Below, piece by piece: positions 36,488-50,019 of a stretch of 64,000 bases of DNA. Source of the DNA: Chlorokybus atmophyticus (lineage: Eukaryota > Plantae > Mesostigma and Chlorokybus algae); NCBI GenBank assembly GCA_009103225.1, contig RHPI01003020.1, positions 143,525 to 207,524 of the forward strand, read 5' to 3'. The position numbers were made by a program, and so were the translations under genes. The notes beneath the pieces were generated by a model. The model made no database searches. It was not told the DNA's origin and saw only the letters and a list, made by a program, of their open reading frames with translations. Positions within the stretch are counted from its first letter, which is position 1. The number at the start of each line of letters is the position of its first letter.

Positions 36488-39125
36488 ATGGCGACGGCGG
36501 CGGCAGCTGCGGTGGTGGTGGGGAGGGGGCGGCTGTCGGGGACGTCGGCGTCAGTGGGGTCTGTGAGGTGCGGAGCTCACCCGCCGGTGTTGGCTCAGCG
36601 CAAGCACAGCAGGCAGCGGTTCGGGAGCAATGTGCCTCCTTCGCCTGCCAGGTTGCATCCTTCAGCGCCTACGTCGTCAGCGCCATGCTCCCCATCCATT
36701 TCCTGCTGCGCCGCCGCCGCTGGCAGCGAACAGTCGCCGACAGACTCCGAGCAGGCTGGCTGGGAGAAGCGCAGGGTGAGGCAGCGCTCAGTTGCATGTC
36801 GTGAGCGGAACTGCAAGCTGCCAGCTGAACTATCCACCTTCGTACAATGCATCTTCGAACAATGCTGCATGTGGTTGCTAGAAGCGTAATGCTTAGCCAT
36901 ATTGATGCCTGCGCCTCAACTGCCTCCTGCTCACATGCAACATGCATGCCTGCAGCCGTGCATGTTATGGTCAAGCGCTTGTGGTATTACACATTGCCAA
37001 CATGTTGACCATGGCTAATCAGTCGACATGCACGCCCCCTATGGCGCTGCATGCATCGTGGTTGTAGTGTTCTCACTGCGGCTGCGCTTTGCCGTGTGGT
37101 TCTTATGAGTTGGGATACTCCTGGTGGAATGCCGCTCACATTGTTGGCCATGCTTTGCTCGTTTCTTGCAGGAGGAATCTGCTGCTGCTGGCGTAGCTGC
37201 TCCAGACACCTGGCAGTGGACTCTCAACTGGAATGAGATTACACCAGGCATACTTGTTGGTTCGTGCCCTCGCTCAGCAGCAGACGTGGTACGTTAGAGG
37301 ATATGTGGCCTTGTTCTGTCATATTCTTGTCAACACCTGATGTTAATCGTTGTCATATAGGACCGGTTGGTCAACGAAGCTGGCGTACAGGCGATCCTCA
37401 ACTTGCAATCAGATGCCTGTTTCGAGGCCTTGCAGGTGTACCATTGAATCACTTGATGCACGCATGCAAGCCATGCATCAAACAGTTCTTGCCCGACAGT
37501 TGTGCTACATGCATGGCGGCCTTGCAACTTGTATATGTTGTCTGTGTAGTTTTGGCAGTGCTGATGTTGGCAAATGCACGGCAGATACCATATCCGGAAA
37601 TACGGCAGCGAGCTGTTGATCTTGGCGTGCTGTACACGAGAACCCCTGTCTTCGACTTTGATCACAATGATCAGGCGAAGATGCTTCCCGTAGCTGCACG
37701 GCAGTTGAACGTGTTGATGTCTTTAGGGAAGAAGACGTATGTGCACTGCACGGCTGGCATCAACCGGGCATCCCTAACCGTTGTCGCCTACTTGACATTT
37801 GTAAAGGGTATGCGTAGAGCTGAGGCAGTGGCTATGGTCCGGGAGGCTCGTCCCGTAGCCAATCCTTACATGGATTGCCTGGATGTTGTTCGCAAGCGCA
37901 TTCTGGAGGGAAGGACAGAAGAGCTGACGTACATCAGCAAGTCCATCTACGAAGATCGCTGCAAAGGTGCGTTGGCAGTTGTGCCATGTAGGCTTCAGGC
38001 TGCTGTTGAGGATTTGAGCCTATATGGTGTAGGCATACGGATGGTCATGCTCAGTGCTGCGCTGTTGCTTTGCTTGGTTGTTAGCTTGCATGTCGTGTGA
38101 CCTCCAGCAGTGACACTCTCTTTGCAAAGGTCTTGGAGATCAGAGCAGCGCTGCACGAGGTGTCATTGGTTGGCATGTGCATAGCAGGTTGGAACCCCTG
38201 TTGCTTGTTCAAGATCGTTACTGAGCAACCCGTCTGTTGGCAGGTGGTGTGCATGGTAACATGGAAACGGACTGGCGTGGGGCGCAGGGGAAGCTTATTA
38301 CACAAACGTTCGAGCGCTTCTTGGAGGCAGACCTCTATCTGTTGAATGGGTCAACAGAAGTTGCTGTCACTGACTACAAGAAGGCGACTAAGGCACGGAA
38401 AGGCAACGGCGTGCCAAATGACGTGCACAAGACAGATGCACACAGCACCTTACTCTTGGAGCGAGAACTGGACGCTCTGCGCCATGAGAATCTGCAATTA
38501 CAGAAAGAGAGGGTAAGCAGTCAACAAGTCGACAGCTGCGAAGCATTGCACGCATTGCTTCGCTGAGATTTGGTTGAGAGTACTTGAACCCAGAATGGCA
38601 GGCAAGCAGCTTTTGTGGTCAAGTTTGCTACTACTGCTCATATCGTCCAAGTCGCTTAGGGCAGACAACATGATCTTACATCATCAACTACAACTCTGGT
38701 CTTTGTTACATCTGCACCGCTCATACGGCTGGCAAAGAGTTGTAGTGAGCAGCATTGTGCAACTGCCTCGCACTTCTCTGGGTTGATTGACATCGCTGCC
38801 GGCTGCAGGACGGTGCTTTGGCAACTGCGGCCATGGCGCGAGAAGAGGCCTCGCGACGTCTTGGGGCTTCGTCAGCACTTGCCAAGAAGGCAGCGCTTGA
38901 GGCTCAGGTATGTGTCAGTTGGTGCATGTATAGTGAACGTCTCGTCGATGCACTGCAGTGTGCCCCACACTGGACCTGTCCTCTCATGTACTTGCATACC
39001 TTCAGGCCCAGCAAGCTGTGGAGTCTGTCAGGGAAGTGACCAAGCTCATTGAGCAACTAGCAGACTCAATCTCTGAAGATAGAGCTCTGCATGAGTTTGT
39101 GAGCACAAGAGACAGTGCTCGCTAA
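36488..39125 (+). CDS. Dual-specificity phosphatase of the glucan-phosphatase (SEX4/LSF/laforin-like) group, with a probable plastid transit peptide and a C-terminal coiled coil
   Basis: Ser/Ala/Arg-rich N-terminus; WQWTLNWNEITPGILVGSCPRS, AILNLQSD, PVFDFDHNDQ, catalytic YVHCTAGINRA (HCxxGxxR); Glu/Ala-rich heptad C-terminal exons; TAA at 39123-39125. Confidence 0.85.
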
Positions 39126-40478
39126 ATGGTGAACAGTTTGTGTGAGAGTAGTAGCTCAGGCTGACCCCGTGGCAAACCAATAGGTGTAAATATGCACAGG
39201 AACAAGCGGTTACGGTAGCATAAGCCCCGTGTGTAGATGCCGATTACAAATATGCTGTCCAGTGGTGATGAGAGTAAGTGGTTATCGCTTGTACTTGTGA
39301 GTGTGTAAGCAAAGCCCCAATCGCGCATCTGGCACATTGCACAGGTGACACATATGCAAGGGTTGCAATTGTCTATTAAGCTGTGCCACATATTCGCCGA
39401 CATGCGGGTGCAAACACTCCAGCAGCCAGTAAATAAACAGTATTAACCTACATACACCAGAGGGTTAATTAGGTGGGGGCCTAATGTAAGGTAAGTGCAA
39501 GCAGCGGCAGCAGGGGCATATCATCGACCAACGAAACAGCAGCACATGCAGGTTGACGCTGACATTGCCGCTGCCGCTGCAGTGCCGCCATCATGCATGG
39601 CTGCTAAGACATCACACGTGATTGGCCTTTTTGTATGCCAAATGCCTGGTGCTGCTATTCTGCACAATTGCAGTCTCTGGCTGGAGTGACCCAGTAAGAG
39701 AACATGGGAGACAGAAGTAAAACATGCCTGCGCATACATTTTGATGTTCAAGATGCTGTTTTGGCGCAAACCAGTACAACTATAGCCAGATCGCCGCCTG
39801 CTGGCATGTGCTTAGTAAGGTAATGTCTGAAGTAACAAGGTGACATTTGCGATGAACCTGTCCTGTCCAAACTCAAGCGGGCCAAGAATTGATCATAAGC
39901 CACTAGCAGAGCTGTAGCGGTCAATGCTGCCTTTGCATGCAGCAAGCCAATCAGCCAATCATCTGTACTGTGCAATCTGTGGCAGCTCTTGTGCGCTGGC
40001 TGGCCGTATGTCGGCGTGGCAAGCTCATACTAAGGGCAGGATCTATGCGGGAAGCAGAATGCCAGGTCGAAGTTGCACTTTGAAGCACCATTCTGGCAAT
40101 TGATGGCAACAAGCCATCAACACCTGTAGATACTGAGCCGCTACGCTGTCATGATACAACATGAGATGCTCACCGGGATGCGACATGCAACATGCAAAAA
40201 AACTGGGTCGCTTAGTGGCTGTGTACCATGGCCACCGTCCAGAAACGCTGCTTCCATCAGCCATGATGCGTAACTGCAGCCGACATCTACTTGGACCTGT
40301 GGTGGGAAAACCTCAGCAAAGTCAACAGCGTGACACTTGCAAAGGTATCAGTTCACACGTTGTCAACGCATGCCAGCCAAGCGCATATGGCCTGTGTAAT
40401 ACTGGAGACCTTACTGGCAACACACGCAATGCCTTTGTAATGTATGGTAGGTTGAGCTACTGCCACATTAGCGCAAAC

Positions 40479-42871
40479 TTACCCTGCTGAATCGGATGAA
40501 GTTCCACTTGAAGAAGAAGGCGACCTGCCAACAACCACGCTTCACATACAGCCACATCACAAGCTTGCCAATACCTTGGGTGGACGGGTTGTGAGTGAGG
40601 ATGTATGTATACCTAGACGGGCTTCTGCGCGTCGGAGATTTCTACAGCAACAAAACAGCTTCAGCATTAGTACATGAGCTAATTTTAGAACCGCTCAACA
40701 GCCATGTAAGATGAGTCCTTGGCAGCTTGCATGCTGTCACTTACAGTGTTGCGAGGTGGACTCCTTGGCGGGGACCTGTTGCCGCGAGGTGGAGGAGACC
40801 TGCCTCTGCGCAACAGTTGCAAGGCTTAAAACCCCATCCATAACTAGTAGCCTTATGCAATTCATATCAACACCACGACTACACCACAACCAACCTCCTG
40901 GGTGGCGACCGAGAGCGAGACCTTAATGGACGACGAGGAGGAGAGCGGCTGCGCCGCCGAGCAGGTAGAGGTGACCGTGGCCTACATTTGCGACAGGTCA
41001 TACAGAGGACAGCAGGCAAGCATGGCATGCATGTAAGGTGCAGTTCGTTTGACAAATGCTCTGTGCATCAATGCTCTGCAATCTGCGAGCACTCAGACAA
41101 ACACATAGACAGCTGGCTAACCTCGGGCGGTATGGAGGTGAGCGACGGCCACGGTATGGGCTGCGTGGGCGCCTGGGAGGACTTCTGCAACAAAGCAAGT
41201 ACTGCTTAATGAAAAACAGTAACATTCGTATTGTGCCCTGCAGTTACTGCAAGCTACATGAACTCTGTGCATCCTCTGCACCTGCGATCACCACCGCGCA
41301 TCGGGGAGCGTCGGCGATATGGCGATGCAGCTCGTCCAGGTGGCCCCCAGTACCCTCCACGTCGCGGCGACGGTGACCGCCTTCGAGGTGGGGGAGACCT
41401 TCGACGTGGTGCTGATTGCAGGTAAACTAGTTAGCGCTCGAGATGCAACAGGACACGCATGCAAGGATATGACCATACAACAGAGAATAGAGAACTCAGA
41501 TAACATACGGGAGCGACGGTCAAGACGGCCATCACGTGTATCCCGGCCATTGCGATCACTTCGAGGACCATCCTTCAAGTTATCACGTCCACGTGGAGGA
41601 GATAAGGCTGGCTTCTTCTTGGGAAGCAAAATGAAGTTGCACGTGATAACATTACCATCAATTTGTCCCTGGTAGACATTAACCAGAATGAGCGACGTAC
41701 CCCAGTTGAGTATGCACACTTGTACACGTTCGTGCATGCATGCTGGTACGCGCGGGGAAGGGGGAACCNNNNNNNNNNNNNNNNNNNNNNNNNNNNNNNN
41801 NNNNNNNNNNNNNNNNNNNNNNNNNNNNNNNNNNNNNNNNNNNNNNNNNNNNNNNNNNNNNNNNNNNNNNNNNNNNNNNNNNNNNNNNNNGGGGGGAGGG
41901 GACAGGCAGGTTGCATTACAGACGCACCCCATCCATGTGCTGAAGTGCTTTCTCACTGTCTTCGCGCTTTGAAAATTCCACATAGCAATACCCCTTCGGC
42001 AGGTTGACCTACACCAGAGTGTCATTACGACAGGAATAGAAACAGCAGATACTCAGACATCGCAAACGTAGTTGCACAAGACGACCACATGATCAGGTGC
42101 TCACCTGTCTATCAACTGCGAGGTCCACATGTACTACCTCGCCATAATTTCCTGTTCCAATCCATCGTCGCACATAAGAAGCAGGTGCACGCTTTGAGGG
42201 CAACGACACAACGTTAAGCATGTGAGCTTACCAAATATCTCTTTGATGTGCTCCTCATTGACATTCCGCGTCAAGTTGCCAACATGTATGGTCGTGCTTT
42301 GTGGTGAAGGGCTCTTAGCTTTTCTGCATGCGAGCGACACGAGTATTGTCACACTGCGGATTTGCCATACCAATCTACTTGTCAGTGGCACTCAGACTAA
42401 AACCTACTTGGGAGGCCCCGCTGCAGGAGCCTTGCCTTTGGGAGATGGAGACCGACCTCGTGCGGACGGCTTGTGTCCCGGACTGTCAAGCGACACTCAG
42501 TGTATTGCTTCACCTTGATCATGCTTTCCGTATGCAAATGCAAACAGCTACAACTGTACTGCAATGCCGCGCAATGTTTAAAATACGTGTCTATGTTGCA
42601 TGCATTGCACGAGCGCTCAGCCCCGCTACTGCGCAGTTGACACCACGTGCACGTGAGATGCATGGCCGCAAGCACAGCCATTGCAGCCATGCATCTCTTG
42701 GGTTCATTTGAGCATGCTCTCAGCTGCCCACCTTCGAGACCTGCTCCTGCTGGGTGACCTGCTGGACGACGTTCCAGTACCGCTTGACGACCTGGACACG
42801 GACGACCCGCTGGACGTCGAGCTGGAGGATATGCTCCGCGACCTGGAGCGGGAATTGGAGCGCCGCGCCAT
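40479..42871 (-). CDS. SR45: SR45/RNPS1 serine-arginine splicing factor (RRM flanked by RS domains)
   Basis: MARRSNSRSRSRS... N-terminus; RRM TTIHVGNLTRNVNEEHIKEIF|GNYGEVVHVDLAVDRQ|VNLPKGYCYVEFSKREDSEKALQHMDG|GQIDGNVITCNF; RSP-rich C-terminal exons. The exact 3' end is uncertain. Confidence 0.9.
41769..41890. other. Assembly gap inside an SR45 intron
   Basis: 122 Ns flanked by G-rich runs. Confidence 1.
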
Positions 42872-43013
42872 CTCAGCCGCAAGCCAGGACAGCGCAGGGA
42901 CGGCAACCTTGAACCGCCCAACCCACCCAGCACCGCCGGCAGCGGCGGCGGCGGCGGCGGCGGCGGCCTCCGCCTCGCCCTCAACCTCCGCCTTTCCCCG
43001 CTAAAATGCACGT

Positions 43014-43036
43014 AAACCCTAAAAACCAAACCCTAA
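43014..43036 (+). promoter_or_regulatory. Tandem telo-boxes in the SR45/E1 bidirectional promoter
   Basis: AAACCCTAA at 43014-43022 and 43028-43036, between divergent ATGs at 42871 (-) and 43296 (+). Confidence 0.7.
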
Positions 43037-43295
43037 CTCACTTGCTTGTGCGATCTGCACAGCTTGTGCACACTGTCTTGTGCGCAGCTGGGTGTTTCAG
43101 GCTACTGCTATGCTGCTTGCGGCGGCAGCGGTGGCGGTGGCGGAGGTCGGCGGTGAGGCATTTCAGGAGGTTGACGTTGTAAAGCATTAGGAGTATATTA
43201 CAATTCTGTTCTTGGATGAATTTGGAAGAACACAAGCATGTAAGTTGCTGTGCATGGACGCAGAGACCGCCGCCAGCGTAGTGGGTAGAGTGTAG

Positions 43296-46200
43296 ATGGC
43301 GCCGGCAAAGGAGCATCTCGCTGCAGCAACCATGGACGTTGACGTTGAGGTTGACGTCGTTGGAGGTGGTGGCATATATGATGCCGCAGGAGTGGCGTTC
43401 AAGGAAGCTGCAGGGGGCAAGCACCTGGATGAGGAGTACTACTCTCGCCAGTACGTTGTTGCAGCTGCTGCAGTCGTGACACTTCTCACCTGCAACAGGC
43501 GGTGGACACTGCACCAGCCTCTGTTGCACTCGGTCATGCGTTTATCAGCTCTTACATGACGAAGGTCTATACGCTGACTGCTGTGCAGTTGTTCACTACC
43601 GCATGCATGCAGTCTCAATCGACATGCTCTCAGCTGCTTGTGACAAGTGAGTTGAAGCAGATAGGGTACAATATCTCTGCCAGGCGCTGTTGATAATGTC
43701 TAGGCTTGCGTCTTTTGTGTCACTGATGTCATGCCGCCTGCCTACTCTACAGATGGCTAGTTTAGCCAGTTGTTGTGCACTGTGCGGGTTTGCGTTGTTA
43801 CCTGCATTTAGCAAAGCAGCTGCAGGAGGTAGCGCTGTAAATGCCGTGCTGGCAGGTGCAGTGTGCGATATCACTATATCACGTTGATGAGTGCAACGGC
43901 TTCCACCCCAACTCCCATCTCCATTCATTGAGCAACTTGTTAGCCGGTCCATACATACCATGCTAAAAAATATCAAAGCCACTTGAACGGTTGAGTGCAT
44001 GTCTCCTGCCCATGTTTGCCAGATGTTTGCGGCCAACATCTTGTGCACTGTAGGATATACGCGCTTGGCGCTGATACAGTACAAAGGATGGGCACTTGCA
44101 GTGTTCTGATTGTTGGAGCCAGGGGAGTTGGCGTTGAGATAGGTGAGGGTTGTCGCGCAACCGTAAAATCTCGGTTCTTCACGTACAGTGCACACAGACT
44201 GCTGTTAAAAATGTCTGATCATGCTGCCGTGTTTGCACTTCTCGGCAGCCAGGCACACAGTACTTGCGGGAGCCCAAACTGTCGTTGTATATGATGATGA
44301 GTTGGTGGAGGCTTCCGACCTGTCTGCACAGGCAAGCATTGCAGCTTCTAGGGTCAAGGCCATGCAAGCGTTCAGTAATAGCTGTGCAACAAGGTGACGT
44401 CGCGGTTGTGTGCAGTATGTGCTCCGCGAAGATGACGTTGGCCTGAATAGAGCAGCAGCATCCATCGGCCGTTTGGCTGAGTTGAACAAGCATGTGACCA
44501 TTAGGGCGCTTCACGGTCCACTGACAGACGACTTGCTCAAGTCCTTTGATGTACGTGACTTGATAAGCACAACCTTAGGTGCGCTGTTGTTGCTGATGGT
44601 AGGAGTGTTTACTCCGTTGTGTAGGTGGTTGTTGCCACATTGGGTAACTGGAAGGAGTGGACGCAATGGGATAATGTATGCCGCGCACACGGTGTCCGCT
44701 TCATAGCAGCTGGCACCCAAGGCTTGGTTGGATATCTCTTTGTAGATGTTGGAGACACCTTTGCCGTGACAGATGCAACAGGAGAACCGCCAACGACATC
44801 AATCATTGAGTCCATAACAAAGGTATTTGAGAAACTCGTTGCTGCAGTGCGCACTCAAGTTATTGAGTTGGTTGCCAACGATTGAGTGCCATGACAGGAT
44901 TGCCCAGCAACTGTTACGGTTGTTGAGGAGCAGCGGCACCGTCTGGAGGAGGGAAGTCAGGTGTGTATCAGATTGTTACTGCAGCTATTGTGCAAGCGAT
45001 GGTGACCTGTTTTACAGTCGTCCATGCTGCTTAGGTGTGCTTTAGCGGCGTAGAAGGAATGCCAGAACTCTGCAACGGGGCTCCGCGCTTCGTGCATGTC
45101 ACTGGTGCACATACATTTACAATACCCGATGATACGCGGAAGTACGGGAGTGCCGGTGGTGGCGGTCAAGTGCGATTGCATAGGCCACCTGTCTTCGTCA
45201 GTCATATCGCGCTGGAGACATCGATTCTGCATCCTGACATTGCGTTGGTGGATGCAAGCAGATCACATCGTGCAAGCAGTCTACATTGGGGTGTACAGGT
45301 GTGCTTTTCACACTTGAAGGTTGCACCAACCGACTGGTGCTGTTGGTGCATTGCGCTTTGTGTGGAGCAGTTTGCGGTTGAGTGTGCACGTAGGTTGTGG
45401 GTGGTGGCCAGTTTTGTTATGTTTGTCTTGCCATCATTCTCTCAGACTGCCATCTGCTTAGTCAGTTTGAGTTGAGAAAGCTGTGCTGTGTGCCAAAGTG
45501 CGGTTACGTCTTGCAGTCGTGTGCCCGTTGCCACTTGTCAGGGTTGTCTCCACTTCACTTAACCTGCACTGAGTCTCTGCTTTTGTTGCGCGAGCCATGC
45601 CTACTTGAAGTCCACCTCTTCATGTGTTTCCTTCACTGTTTGACATGCTGTTGGGTGTGGGATACAGGCACTTGAAGTCTTTCAGCAGAAGCATGGAGGG
45701 GCCAGTCCCAGCCCTGATAGCCAGGCTGACGCTGATGAAGTATTGTCGCTGGCTCTTGAGCTCAGTGCTCATTGTAGTGTTGAGACGGGAGCCAGCCTTG
45801 ATGAACAAGGGATTCGCGCACTCGCCCGCAGCTGCCGTGCACAGCTATGTCCAATGGCAGCCATTATTGGAGGCTTAGCCGCCCAGGAAGTGCAGAAGGC
45901 TTGCACTGGCAAGTATACGCCCTTGCACCAGTGGCTGTATGTGGATGCCCTGGAGTGCCTTCCACCATCTTACACCACTGCAAGCAGAGACGACTTCAAA
46001 CCGCTATCAGGCAGTCGTTTTGATGCGCAGATCATGACCTTTGGGAAGAGCTTCCAACAAACTTTAGGAGGCCTGCGGTACTTTCTGGTAGGCGCTGGTG
46101 GTCTTGGCAACGAGCTTCTGAAAAATTGGGCTTTGATGGGAGTTGGATGTGGAGCAGGCGGCAGCATCCACGTCACTGACAATGAGGTTGTTGAGTACTC

Positions 46201-48581
46201 CAACTTGAATAGGCAATTCCTGTACAGACCAGAGGATGTCAAGCAGCCCAAGTCGCTGGTGGCAGCCTCAGCCATTCTCGATATCAATCCACAAGCAAAA
46301 GTTAAGCATTATCAGGAGCGTATGGGTTTCGAAAAGGATGATGTCTTCGACGATGACTTCTATGAAACATTGTCGGCCGTAGCGCTTGGTGTTGACAATC
46401 TGGCTGCTCGCCTTTGCATGGATGCCAAGTGCGTCACAATGTCAAAGCCCTTGCTCGATGGTGGGGTCTTTGGTCCCAAGGGCCATGCACAGGTTAGTGC
46501 TGATGAATGTGATACAGACTGTTACTATTATGTGTTGTCAGATATGTTTACGGAAGGAGTCTACTACTTGTGACCGCGCTGCTGTTGCAGGTGTTTGTCC
46601 CCTTCCTGTCAGATCAGTATGCATCTTCACGGGATGCCATGGACAAGAGCACGCAGATCTGTACATTACGCAACTTTCCCTATGCTCCTGAACACACCGT
46701 TGAGTGGGCGCGAGAGTTGTTCGAAAGCATGTTTCAACAAAGGCCCTCGGACGTGAATGCTTTCCTATCCAGGTAAGTACTTTCCTAGTAAGAGGGTATC
46801 TGCAATTGTTAATCCGTAGTCTTGACAGCAATGCTAAAACCGTGTGTGCACGCAGTCGAGACTTTTTGGAGTCACTGAAAAAGAACCCATCACAACAGTT
46901 GACAACGCTAGAAACCTTGCGAGATGCGCTTGTGCGCCACAAACCACTCAGCTTTGCAGGTTTCAAAGCAGTTCTCACCAACTTGTGGTATGCATTCCAC
47001 TCTAGCCATATGACCTGATTGTTCATGGCAGCTTGTGTGGAGTGGGCGCGTCTGCAATTCGAGGAGCTGTACGTGAATAGCATTAAGCAGCTGTTATTCA
47101 ATTTCCCAGCACACATGAAGACGGTGGCTGGTGCACCATTTTGGTCCGGGACAAAGCGCACACCCAAGCCGCTGTGCTTTGACGAGAACGATGCATTGCA
47201 CTTGGACTTTGTGTTGGCTGCCTCCAATTTGCAGGTACCCAGATGATATTCAAACAGGTTGCAAGGTAGTGTCCCTGTGACTTCAGGTGGCACCAGCCAG
47301 TTTTTGCGCTGACCATGATATGCTCAATTTGTCAGCTATTATACATGCTTGTATGCTTCAACTCCTTTTGCAGGCTGTTGTATATGGACTGAAGGGGTGC
47401 AAGGATCGTGTGACAGTCAAAGACCTTTGCCGTAATGTAGTGGTCAGCGAGTTCAAGCCACAGGAGGGCGTGAAAATACCTGTCACGGACTCTGAGGCTC
47501 GAGCACCGCGCACGCGTGATGCAGACCCCAATGCACTGGCAGCGGTGCGTAAGATGTCCAGCTTGACACTCACAGCGCTTACTGCTGGTCTGTCTCGTCT
47601 TAAGTCAAGTGGCGTGTGCAGGCCTGTGACCGGGTGTTGAGGGAAATGCCAACGCCCACCGACCTGGTTGGATACCGGCTGCTGACTCTGGACTTTGATC
47701 TGGAAGACGACTTGCATATGGATTTTGTTGTTGCAGCTGCGCGGTTGCGCGCAGCGAATTACAGCATCACTTCAATAGATCGGCTTCAGGTGTGTCTTGT
47801 TAAGTCAACTCCCTGTCCCAATACTGCCTCTTAGCCTCTCACTAACATCATTCTCTGTCACCCGAGTAGATCAAGCAAATAGCAGGCAACATCATCCCTA
47901 CACTCCCTTCAACAACCGCTGTCGTGGCTGGCCTGATGTGCTTGGAGGTGTACAAGCTTGCACAAGGCAGAGTTCTTGATGCTTTCCGCAACAGCTACTT
48001 CAACCTTGCTCTGCCATTGTTGGTGTCCTCGCAGCCTGTTGAAGCTCAGAAGTATAAAGTACGCCATTGCAGCGTGGGCATTGTGCTCGCAGCGCTCATC
48101 CTGATTTGCTGGTTAAGTTTTGGCTACTTCATGTCCCAATGCTTTTATGCTCTGTATAGGTGAGCACACTTCATGACAAAGTTCTGGAATGGACGCTATG
48201 GGACAGATTCAATATGAGCGGTGTTGGGTTGAGCCTGGGAGAGTTCTTGAATAAGTTCAAGCAGGAGCATGGCCTGGAGGTAAGACGGCACCTTCATGTG
48301 TCCCTCAGTTTCTACGACCCATAGCGTCGTGCTGGTTGGTTGTCATGTGTGCTTGCCAACTGCAGATCACCATGATGTCTTACGGCAAAAGCCTGCTGTA
48401 CGCTGAGTTTATGAGGAAAAAGATGGAGGAAAGAATGCCATGGTCGCTGGAACAGCTGATCACAAAAGTGGCCAAGACCACAGTCCCTGCTAGCGCCGCA
48501 TCCGTTGCATTTTCTATTTCCTGCACTGATGCCCAGGGTGAGGACGTGGAGGTCCCAGATGTGCGTGTGCGCATCAGGTAG
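43296..48581 (+). CDS. UBA1: Ubiquitin-activating enzyme E1, UBA1-like, divergent
   Basis: LDEEYYSRQ|IYALG...VLIVGARGVGVEIA; LAAQEVQKACTGKYTPLHQWLY; YFLVGAGGLGNELLKNWALMG...DNEVVEYSNLNRQFL; catalytic ICTLRNFPYAPEHTVEWARELFE; LDFDLEDDLHMDFV; IIPTLPSTTAVVAGLMCLEVYK; UFD ending DVEVPDVRVRIR*. Confidence 0.93.
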
Positions 48582-50019
48582 CCTAGCTTAGGTCTAGCTT
48601 TGCAAGGCTGAGGTCCAGAAGTGCACTGTCAGTAGTGTGTATTTTGTGTATAATTGCATGAAGTGGTTTCTGATGCGGCGATTGTGCCTTAGCAGCCGTC
48701 CATTTTTGGGCATGCACAGGCCATGCTTGTCACAATCAACTAACATGAGGCAACAGGTTCTCGAAGCAGAACGTAAGTTTACTTGGGTTACGAGTTATCA
48801 CAGATAGCCTTTAGGCAGTGCTTAAATAGATGTGTACATCTCAATGCGTCACCCAAGTAATGTCAATGTGTACATGGGTGGACAACGAGCATCTCGCGCA
48901 CTGTCGCTTTGATGCTAGCACAAGCGCTTTACACAGGGGCTGCCGCTGCACCGGCTCAGCGGGTACGCGGCGCTGTTTTGGCAGTGTGTGGCGGCAGTAC
49001 CAGCGCTGCTGAGGGCGCAGAGCCTGGCGTTGCTGGAGCGCGGAGCAGTGGCGGTGGCGGCAGCACCAGACTGGAGCCCGCTGCAGACGGGTGCTGGCGT
49101 CTGAGGTGGATGTCGCCTTGGCTGCAACGGGTGGCTAAACTCTAGCCAGAGTGGCACTGCATGCCAACGACAGGTCGGTTGTGACTGGTGCTGGGTTGTT
49201 ATTGTGCCGTGGGTAGATAGGTATGGTCGGGCTGTGAGGAACCTCGTGCATGTAGTTTGTGACATTAGTGTGAGAGCGAGATCATGCACAAGGTGCATTC
49301 CATCCTTGCGCTATCCTCATCGATGATACGAGCTGCAGGGGCACACAATTCCCTTTCGCATTTCCGGTGCATTAGCCATGGCAATAACAGCCGCCACCAA
49401 TGACTGCGTTGGCTGGTGTGCTTGCTGTGGCTACGATGGCTGATGTGGTCGACATGACTCATTTTCATTTAAAAATCAGCATAGTGCATTATGAGTATAA
49501 AGTTTCTACCTGCACATGCGTGCAAAAAAAATGTTTGATTGCCATGCATGCATGTCCAACAGAGTAGGTGAGTAGTTAAATGCTTAGTAAGTAGAGTAGC
49601 AGTAGGATAGCCCGGTGGTATTATACATGAAAGCATGGTGAATGCTGTGTGCTGTACATTTGATGAGGTGGGGTACGCCATGTGACTTGCATATGCACGA
49701 TTCACCTTGGGTTTTACATGTACTCAGAGTCTGGGTTCACGTCAATGCTCGTGCGCATGAGATAACCACGTTGTCAAGTGTGAATGGCGGAGCAAAGGCC
49801 TGCAATATTGTTGCGTTACGCAACTAGTGAGGGCTTCGACTACGATCTTAGAGATCAATATGAGGGCGGTGGTGGCAGCAGGAACAGTTATTGCACATGT
49901 GGTAAATGTGTAATGATCGTTGTTGCGGCACGTGTGTCACGTTGTGCTTATGTTTACTGCATGTACTATGCATGGGCAATTGCATTTTGCACTTTGTGTG
50001 CAGCATAGCACACCACTAC

